DNA of 34,997 nt, taken from positions 1 to 34,997 of the forward strand of contig PGXE01000003.1 of NCBI GenBank assembly GCA_002838935.1. Reading direction: 5' to 3'. This document shows positions 29,601 through 34,997 of this stretch, one piece after another; position 1 is the first letter of the stretch; each line of letters opens with the position of its first letter. Position numbers and translations under genes: made by a program. The notes under the pieces were generated by a model. It searched no databases and was not told the origin of the DNA. It saw nothing but the letters and a program-made list of their open reading frames with translations. The DNA comes from Thermoplasmata archaeon HGW-Thermoplasmata-1. Its GTDB lineage: Archaea; Thermoplasmatota; E2; GCA-002838935.

Positions 29601-30111
29601 GGCCCGTCCCTCCGGCAGAGCGTATCGGCCCTGCAAAGAATAGGTCGACGTACCTCGTATTGTCGTGGTTGTTCTTTATCTTGACCTCGGCTATACCCTC
29701 GAGTGGGGCGACGAGGACGCCTTCGGTCAATATTGCTAGCCCTGTCCTTACCGACTGGTCTATCGCCGCTTCGGGCGTATGCATCCTGCCGAAATCGCCG
29801 CGTGCGACCTCCTTTGAAATCTGTATCGCCACCTGCTCCCTGTCCCCGATCTCCTTCGTGGCCTGCCTTATGCGCTCAGCCACGCCGACCGGCCCCACTA
29901 GCTGCTCGACGCGGGCGGCAAGGTCCTTTGCGGGCGGAATCTCCACCTCTTTCGAGGGGTCAAAACCCTTGTTCCTGGCCTTTTTCGCTCTGGCGTAGCA
30001 TTGCTCCATGTCGGTGTGTAGCCTTTCGAAATAGGCCCTCATGGGCGGGCTTGCCGCGACCTCGTCGCTCCCCCCGCCCGTGTTCTTCTCGCGGCTCATC
30101 TTGCGTTCCAT
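26635..30111 (-). CDS. polC: DNA polymerase D large subunit DP2, intein-free
   Basis: AGPIRSAGGT, GGFRLRYGR, HAAKRRNCDGDED catalytic motif, Zn fingers, C-terminal PIP-like KLSDFF. Confidence 0.98.
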   Translation of the reverse strand: MERKMSREKNTGGGSDEVAASPPMRAYFERLHTDMEQCYARAKKARNKGFDPSKEVEIPPAKDLAARVEQLVGPVGVAERIRQATKEIGDREQVAIQISKEVARGDFGRMHTPEAAIDQSVRTGLAILTEGVLVAPLEGIAEVKIKNNHDNTRYVDLFFAGPIRSAGGTGQAMSVLLADVVRREFGIAEFKPTDKEVERYKEEVPAYRQCASLQYTPSDAEVEAIVRGCPICIDGEGTEDEEIAGNRDLPRIETNRIRGGAMLVLAEGMCLKAPKIQKHVKRLKLEGWDFLDTLVNKGAKNDEEDKTEGGIPEIPPATKYIRDIIAGRPVLSHPSRPGGFRLRYGRARTAGLASTAINPATMHILDDFIAVGTQMKVERPGKGTLGTPCDSIEGPIVLLGNGDLVQVDTYAEAKKVRPAVSRIIDLGEILVPFGEFAENNALMPDASYSYEWWVQELQEKLGGLPEKNTASAIIGADAIAASLVAKEIGRETDLLHPPFEDALFISKKFGIPLHPDYTLFWHDITPGEVMKLSAYLRDNGTIAGGRLSIPADPSIKDTLITLCALHVERDGMYIFDRHADTLLLCLGLEDKAGQVAESGRFPRSPPDGATALGLVSAFADITIMPKAPFRIGARMGRPEKADARKMQPPPHILYPIGDAGGNQRLLREAAAKGLISVEVGNRRCESCGAQTHRTACRCGGHTTAVELAPGARIEKRTLELGQELREAQRRIGEPILPETIKAVIGVTSRNKTPELLEKGILRAKHGIYVFKDGTIRFDMTDAPLTHFKPCEIGTTVERLRELGYAHDNLGDQLERDDQTLELFVQDIIPSKSCGTYLLRAAKFVDDLLEKLYGEPRFYNATDMNGLVGHFTIGLAPHTSGGVLSRIIGYVDAQVCYGHPFFHAAKRRNCDGDEDAVMLLMDGLLNFSRSYIPDKRGGRMDLPLVLTTRLDPSEIDKEAHNVDCLSRYPLELYRATQRHAHPKEVEKLMDTVSGRLGTPSQYEGFGFTNDTADIAEGPSASAYKTLGDMRTKMEAQLELGRKIRAVDEADVASRIIGTHFLPDLLGNLKSFSKQTVRCPACNRKFRRPPIKGVCLKCGGKLTLTVHEGSVKKYLEISKEIGEKYGISDYTKQRIQVVESSINSLFNNDKVKKSKLSDFF

Positions 30112-30200
30112 GACATAATGCCAAACCTGCGCTTTAACGTTTGGGGCGAGGTGGCGCGGGAAGGCGCAAGACTGCGCAGGGGTCGGACGGGAATGGGCGC

Positions 30201-30221
30201 GTTCCAGTGGAAATGAAGGGG
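30201..30221 (+). promoter_or_regulatory. Origin recognition box (ORB)
   Basis: GTTCCAGTGGAAATGAAGGGG matches the archaeal ORB consensus with G-string; upstream of cdc6. Confidence 0.9.
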
Positions 30222-30529
30222 TTCGAAAGAGGGGAGTTTGAGTGGTTTATATAGCCTGTTTTTGAACCAGCCGGAAAACGATTTCCGGTGCGATAGTTAC
30301 GGACTTTAGTTTTCGGACGGTCTAGACATCACGAACAGAATTGCTACGCAATCCCTCGACACGGACTAATCCTCCCTTTGGTCGGATTGGCCATATTTCG
30401 GAATTTTTCAAAATTCCTCAACACGGGCGGAATGTTTCGCTTTCGCTTCAACATTCGCCCTATTTCGGAACATTGTTTGTGCCTTCGACTACGAACCAGC
30501 AAGCTTTATTTAGCGGGGCGGCAATTACG

Positions 30530-30549
30530 CCCTTCCATTCCACTGTTTC
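30530..30549 (-). promoter_or_regulatory. Degenerate inverted ORB
   Basis: Minus strand reads GAAACAGTGGAATGGAAGGG and faces the first ORB. Confidence 0.55.
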
Positions 30550-30603
30550 GGGTGCGTCCATTAAAACGCCACCGGAAACGGGCTGTCACACGAGGAGGAT
30601 AAG

Positions 30604-31854
30604 ATGGTCAAAGACCTGTTTGAATCTTTGCTCAAGGCAAGACCGATATTCAAAAACAAGGAAGTTATGCGCCCTGCATACATACCGGACATACTGCCAC
30701 ACCGGGACACCGAGATAAGGCACCTTGCGGCCATCCTCGTGGCGGCGCTTCGCGGCGAGACCCCGTCGAACGTCCTTATCTACGGAAAGACCGGAACCGG
30801 AAAAACGGCGGTCGTGAAGTACGTTGGCAAGGAACTGGAAAACAAGGGGGTCGAACTGGGAAAGCCCACAAGGCACATCTACCTGAACTGCGAGATAGTC
30901 GACACCCAGTACCGCGTACTGCAGAACATAGCGAATCATTTTATAACCGAATGGAGCGACAGGGTGCCTTTTACGGGCTGGCCGACAGACGAGGTTTATG
31001 CCAAGCTAAAGCAGATGATGGATAGCGAGGGGGGCGTGACCGTCATAACCCTCGACGAAATAGACAAGCTCAAGGGTGACGAGGTGCTCTACAACCTCAC
31101 GAGGATAAACTCGGATCTCAAGCGGGCGAAGGTATCGGTTCTCGGCATCTCGAACGACCTCAAGTTCACCGAATTTTTAGACCCGCGTGTAAAGAGCAGC
31201 CTCGGCGAGGAGAACATGATCTTCCCACCATACGATGCCGACCAATTGCGCGACATCCTGAACCAACGCGCAAAGATGGCTTTTCGGGAAGATGTGACCG
31301 ACGAAGGAGTGATAGCCAGATGCGCGGCGCTCGCGGCGCAGGAGCACGGCGACGCCAGGCGGGCGCTCGACCTTCTGCGGGTCGCAGCCGAGATAGCCGA
31401 GCGCGACAAGGCCAAGGAGATAACCGAGAAGCATGTGAAGCTCGCGCAGAACAAGATAGAGCTCGACCGCGTGACCGAGGTGACATCGAGCCTGCCGATG
31501 CAGTCTAAGCTCGTCCTCTTCTCGATTATCGTCGGGGAGGATCTCTCTCGCGCCGCCGGGCAGAAAATGGGCCTGACGACGGGAGAGGTCTTTGATATCT
31601 ACAAAGAACTTTGCAAGAAGACCGGCGCCGACGTCCTGACGCAGCGGCGCATAGCCGACCTTATTTCTGAGCTGGACATGCTCGGCATAATAACGGCGAG
31701 GGTCATCTCCAAGGGCAGGTACGGCAGGACGCGGGAGATACAGATGAGTGCCCAGCCGGACAAGATCCGCGAGGTTCTCGGAAACGACGAGCTACTCAGC
31801 GCGATACGTGACTTCCGCCCCAGGATACAGTCCCGCCTGGGCGGAAGTTTCTAG
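30604..31854 (+). CDS. cdc6: Orc1/Cdc6 replication initiator
   Basis: LPHRDTEI, Walker A GKTGTGKT, Walker B LDEID, GDARRALDL, wHTH end GRYGRTREI; SD GAGGAGG. Confidence 0.98.
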   Translation: MVKDLFESLLKARPIFKNKEVMRPAYIPDILPHRDTEIRHLAAILVAALRGETPSNVLIYGKTGTGKTAVVKYVGKELENKGVELGKPTRHIYLNCEIVDTQYRVLQNIANHFITEWSDRVPFTGWPTDEVYAKLKQMMDSEGGVTVITLDEIDKLKGDEVLYNLTRINSDLKRAKVSVLGISNDLKFTEFLDPRVKSSLGEENMIFPPYDADQLRDILNQRAKMAFREDVTDEGVIARCAALAAQEHGDARRALDLLRVAAEIAERDKAKEITEKHVKLAQNKIELDRVTEVTSSLPMQSKLVLFSIIVGEDLSRAAGQKMGLTTGEVFDIYKELCKKTGADVLTQRRIADLISELDMLGIITARVISKGRYGRTREIQMSAQPDKIREVLGNDELLSAIRDFRPRIQSRLGGSF

Positions 31855-31935
31855 CGCGAGAGTGTGAGATCTCACGCTGGGCGTTCATCACACCTATGCC
31901 TGATACAGCACCGCCCAGGTGGAAGTTTCTCGCGC
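31824..31935 (+). repeat. Degenerate direct repeat of the cdc6 3' end
   Basis: 31824-31857 vs 31902-31935 match at 28/34 nt, offset 78; palindrome GTGAGATCTCAC (31864-31875) lies between them. Confidence 0.75.
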
Positions 31936-31995
31936 CAACGCACACCAAAACATCAAATAGTGATAAATACAGAACCGCGGAACCGAAATATGCAG

Positions 31996-32916
31996 TTATT
32001 TATTCCTATCGCGAACCGCGGTCGCCTGCTCTATATTCTCTTCTTTTTCCTTTCCCGCCTTCCGCTTTTCGATAATAGACGTCGTCACGTCCACCGCAAT
32101 CGGGACGGTCACGATGGCTGCGATGCAGATCCCGAGGCAGACCCAGAGATCTGTGGGGGCGTACGCCCTTCCGACCCTGCTCCAGCCCTCTTGCGGATAG
32201 ACGTTGTTGCCCTGTATCGCCAGTTTTATCAGCCCGAACCACGGTATCTCGCCGCGCGACTTGCCTATTATCCACTCAGGCAATATCGGTTCTGTGCAGA
32301 TGCTGCCGCCCTGATCGTAGGCTCCGTTGTTGTTGTCGCCGAGCGTTATGAATCCGTCATGCCTTGCAGCGGGGTTTGAGAGAAGCGCGGCAAGGTTCAG
32401 CCGCACAGTCGCGCCGTTGTATCCGTAGCCCTCTATCGTCACAGTGCCGCTTTGGCCGTAAAGCCCGAGTTCCGGTAAGTCGTACGACCCGGTATCTTCG
32501 TCGTAATCTAGCCACAGCACTGCGCGGTGTATTATCGGCGTTCTGTTCGCGGCGTTATACGGCCTGTATATTATGACGTCGCCGTAGGTGCCGTATCTTT
32601 GCCTCGCGCCGCCGGCGTTGCTTTCGTAAGCGTATGTCGCAACGTCCTCGCGCACGCCCGTCCGCTTCACGAGCACTAGGTCGCCGGGATCGATAGTGCC
32701 AAGCTTCCCGTACGGGGAATCGTCGTGCATCATCGAGCCCGACTCTATGACCACCATGGGGGCGGTCTTGGGAAACGGCTGCCCGGTATAGCCCCACAGG
32801 GCGGACATTATGATTGCTACCGCGGCGATTGCGATGGCGACGTCCCTTAACGCAGCCAGGTAAGGGGTGCGGCCCTTCCATATGCCGCGAAGCGTCTCTC
32901 TCGTTTTGGATTTCAT
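31996..32916 (-). CDS. sec11: Signal peptidase I, archaeal/ER type (S26B, Sec11-like)
   Basis: N- and C-terminal TM helices, VIESGSM (Ser), PIIHRAV (His), ITLGDNN. Confidence 0.9.
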   Translation of the reverse strand: MKSKTRETLRGIWKGRTPYLAALRDVAIAIAAVAIIMSALWGYTGQPFPKTAPMVVIESGSMMHDDSPYGKLGTIDPGDLVLVKRTGVREDVATYAYESNAGGARQRYGTYGDVIIYRPYNAANRTPIIHRAVLWLDYDEDTGSYDLPELGLYGQSGTVTIEGYGYNGATVRLNLAALLSNPAARHDGFITLGDNNNGAYDQGGSICTEPILPEWIIGKSRGEIPWFGLIKLAIQGNNVYPQEGWSRVGRAYAPTDLWVCLGICIAAIVTVPIAVDVTTSIIEKRKAGKEKEENIEQATAVRDRNK

Positions 32917-33040
32917 TTGTTCACGCTCTCAATCCCGCCCTTTCTTAAAAGAGTTTCTTATGCGGCGCACGGGGAAAGGTGCAGGTCAGTGCACAATACT
33001 AAAAAGAGGAGAGACTATTTGGTTTTGAAGAAGTGACCGG

Positions 33041-34735
33041 ATGCGAAAGATAGTGGAATTTTTTAGCGAAAGGGGCACCCTGGTTCAACCGGAAGCCGCT
33101 GAATATCTGAGCAGAATAGAGGATCCGCTGGCGTTCGCCGTCCGGCTTGCCGAGAAGCTGAAAGAAGCTCCACTCATGCTGACACTCGATATGGTGAAGG
33201 AGTTCGAGGAATCCTCGGCGGAGGAAGAAAGTGATGCGGCGGCAGTGGCGCCGTCCGCTGAAAGCGCAGGGCAGAAGAGGGCGGTTTCCCGCATCCTCGA
33301 CCTGCTTGAAAGAGGCGGCCGCAGGACCGGGGGAGACGAAGAGGGGGAAGAGCCCGGGGATGAGGCCGGAGCCGACGGCGATGACGGGGGGGGCGGAGAG
33401 GACCAGGACGGCGGGCCGACGAAGGGCGGGCGGCTTTTCGATTACCACATAAGCAAGGCGCCGGGCTGGAGGCCGCTTGCCGCGGAATACGATGCCGCGC
33501 TCGAAATAAAGTCGGACGTTACCGGCAACTCGACCTGCGAGGGCACGCTTAAGGATTTCTCGCTGCTCTTTTCGGACCGATACGACTCGCTTTCCAAGCT
33601 GCTGCGAAGGCAGAGGCGCGAGGTGATGAACGCGCTGCCTCTTGGCAGGATAAAGAATGCGCCTTCGAACGAGTTGCAGTTGATAGGCATGGTCTCGGAT
33701 GTCAGGACCACCGTGAACGGGCACCGGTTGATAGAGCTCGAGGACGACACCGGAACGGCGACCACGATAGCCCTGAAAAGCAACCCCGACGCCATCTCGC
33801 TTGCCGAAACCGTGATAATGGACGAGGTCGTGGGGATAACGGGCAGGCTCTCCAAGAACGGCGAACTCGTTATAATAGAGAACCTCGTGAGGCCTGACGT
33901 TTCTATGCACCGCACGCCCAACAGGGCGGAACTTCCGCTGTACGCCGCATTCGCATCGGACGTGCACATAGGCTCTAACACCTTTCTCGAAAAAGAGTGG
34001 GAGGGGATGCTCAGATGGCTCAACGGCAACGTCGGCAACGGGCGGCAAAGAGATGTTGTCGGCAAGATAAAATACCTAATCTTGCCCGGCGACGTCGTCG
34101 ACGGTATAGGAATATACCCGAATCAGGACAAGGAGCTTCTGATACCCGACATATACGGCCAGTACGATGCCCTTGCAAAGCAGCTTGAGATGGTGCCCGA
34201 CCACATCCGGATCATAGTGCAGCCCGGAAACCACGACGCTGTCCGCCCCGCAGAGCCGCAGCCCGCCTTCTCCCGCGGCATACTTGAGCTATTCCCGTCA
34301 GGCAATATCTCCTTTGTCGGCAACCCCTGCAAGTTCTCGCTGCACGGGGTTAACGTGCTCTCATACCACGGCCAGTCGCTGATAGACTTCGCCACCAAGA
34401 TACAATCCCTCACATACGACAAACCCATGCCAATAATGAAGACCATGCTCAGGATGAGGCACCTGGCCCCGTTCTACGGCGGCAGGACGCCGCTTGCGCC
34501 GGAGCACAGGGACTACATGGTGATCGACGAGGTGCCGGATATCTTCGTTACCGGGCACGTCCACCTCACGGGGGTCGACACCTATCGGGGCGTAACAATG
34601 ATCAACGCATCGGCGTGGCAGTCCCAGACCGACTACCAGAAGATGATGAATTTCATACCCGATCCGGCGAAGCTGCCTGTAGTCGACCTCAAGAGCGGCT
34701 CTACCACGGTGGTCGATTTCTCCAGACCGCTGTGA
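33041..34735 (+). CDS. polB: DNA polymerase D small subunit DP1 (proofreading exonuclease)
   Basis: OB fold followed by calcineurin-like motifs SDVHIGS, GDVVDG, PGNHD, YHG, TGHVH. Confidence 0.97.
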   Translation: MRKIVEFFSERGTLVQPEAAEYLSRIEDPLAFAVRLAEKLKEAPLMLTLDMVKEFEESSAEEESDAAAVAPSAESAGQKRAVSRILDLLERGGRRTGGDEEGEEPGDEAGADGDDGGGGEDQDGGPTKGGRLFDYHISKAPGWRPLAAEYDAALEIKSDVTGNSTCEGTLKDFSLLFSDRYDSLSKLLRRQRREVMNALPLGRIKNAPSNELQLIGMVSDVRTTVNGHRLIELEDDTGTATTIALKSNPDAISLAETVIMDEVVGITGRLSKNGELVIIENLVRPDVSMHRTPNRAELPLYAAFASDVHIGSNTFLEKEWEGMLRWLNGNVGNGRQRDVVGKIKYLILPGDVVDGIGIYPNQDKELLIPDIYGQYDALAKQLEMVPDHIRIIVQPGNHDAVRPAEPQPAFSRGILELFPSGNISFVGNPCKFSLHGVNVLSYHGQSLIDFATKIQSLTYDKPMPIMKTMLRMRHLAPFYGGRTPLAPEHRDYMVIDEVPDIFVTGHVHLTGVDTYRGVTMINASAWQSQTDYQKMMNFIPDPAKLPVVDLKSGSTTVVDFSRPL

Positions 34736-34758
34736 TTTTTTATCCGGTCTGACCGGAG

Positions 34759-34781
34759 GAACCCCTTTATTTCGTATGGAA
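34759..34781 (-). promoter_or_regulatory. ORB-like box downstream of polB
   Basis: Minus strand TTCCATACGAAATAAAGGGGTTC vs TTCCAGTGGAAATGAAGGGGTTC at 30202-30224: 19/23 identical. Confidence 0.6.
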
Positions 34782-34997
34782 AAGCAAAAATGCCGTTTGC
34801 GCCGACGCGAAAGAAGAAACAAATAGTAATCTCTCTTCCAGTCGTATCTCTCGGTTCGCTTGCGGTGACGTTTGGGACGTGAAAGAAGAAACACTATTAA
34901 TCGAGGCTGACTATTAATACCAAAAAAAGCCTAAAAAGAGGAATCCCGTCCAATCTTTTGATTAATGATTTTGTGATTGGCAGAAATTCATTGCCAT

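Larger units (their letters stand above)
30112..30603. other. Candidate replication origin (oriC) / cdc6 control region
   Basis: 492-nt noncoding gap next to cdc6 with inverted ORBs and mini-ORB-like CCACCGGAAAC (30569-30579). Confidence 0.7.

Noticed and set aside
26635..31854. Inteins in DP2 or Cdc6
   Set aside because: Lengths are normal and the conserved motifs are uninterrupted.
31852..32379. Pyrrolysine readthrough of the cdc6 TAG into the 171-aa ORF
   Set aside because: The extension would overlap the signal peptidase antisense by about 380 nt and is not protein-like; no pyl genes in the window.

Overview
Archaeal chromosomal window, most consistent with a Thermoplasmatota-like lineage (PolD, Orc1/Cdc6, ORB boxes, archaeal TATA/SD signals; the lineage is an inference). 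The right third is a replication locus: polC (DP2) divergent from cdc6 across an intergenic region with ORB boxes, then a signal peptidase and polB (DP1), followed by another ORB-like box. The rest points to a peptide-fermenting organism with Na+ bioenergetics: acyl-CoA synthetase, pcm, carbamate kinase, DRG GTPase, oadGAB decarboxylase Na+ pump, M28 lipoprotein peptidase, ADP-forming acyl-CoA synthetase alpha, OPT transporter, Lrp/AsnC domain, a PhoU/Na-Pi module and an NhaC-family transporter. Main observations outside the ORF track: (1) an internally deleted IS200-type element that keeps only the TnpA catalytic YxxxQ helix and a PIP-box, interrupted by a 53-nt hairpin micro-insertion with an AT duplication; (2) a related hairpin motif in a modular repeat cluster at 1-292; (3) a ~1750-aa secreted acidic protein built from four different tandem-repeat types; (4) a degenerate in-frame duplicate of the cdc6 3' end. 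All calls come from reading the sequence by eye; no searches were run.
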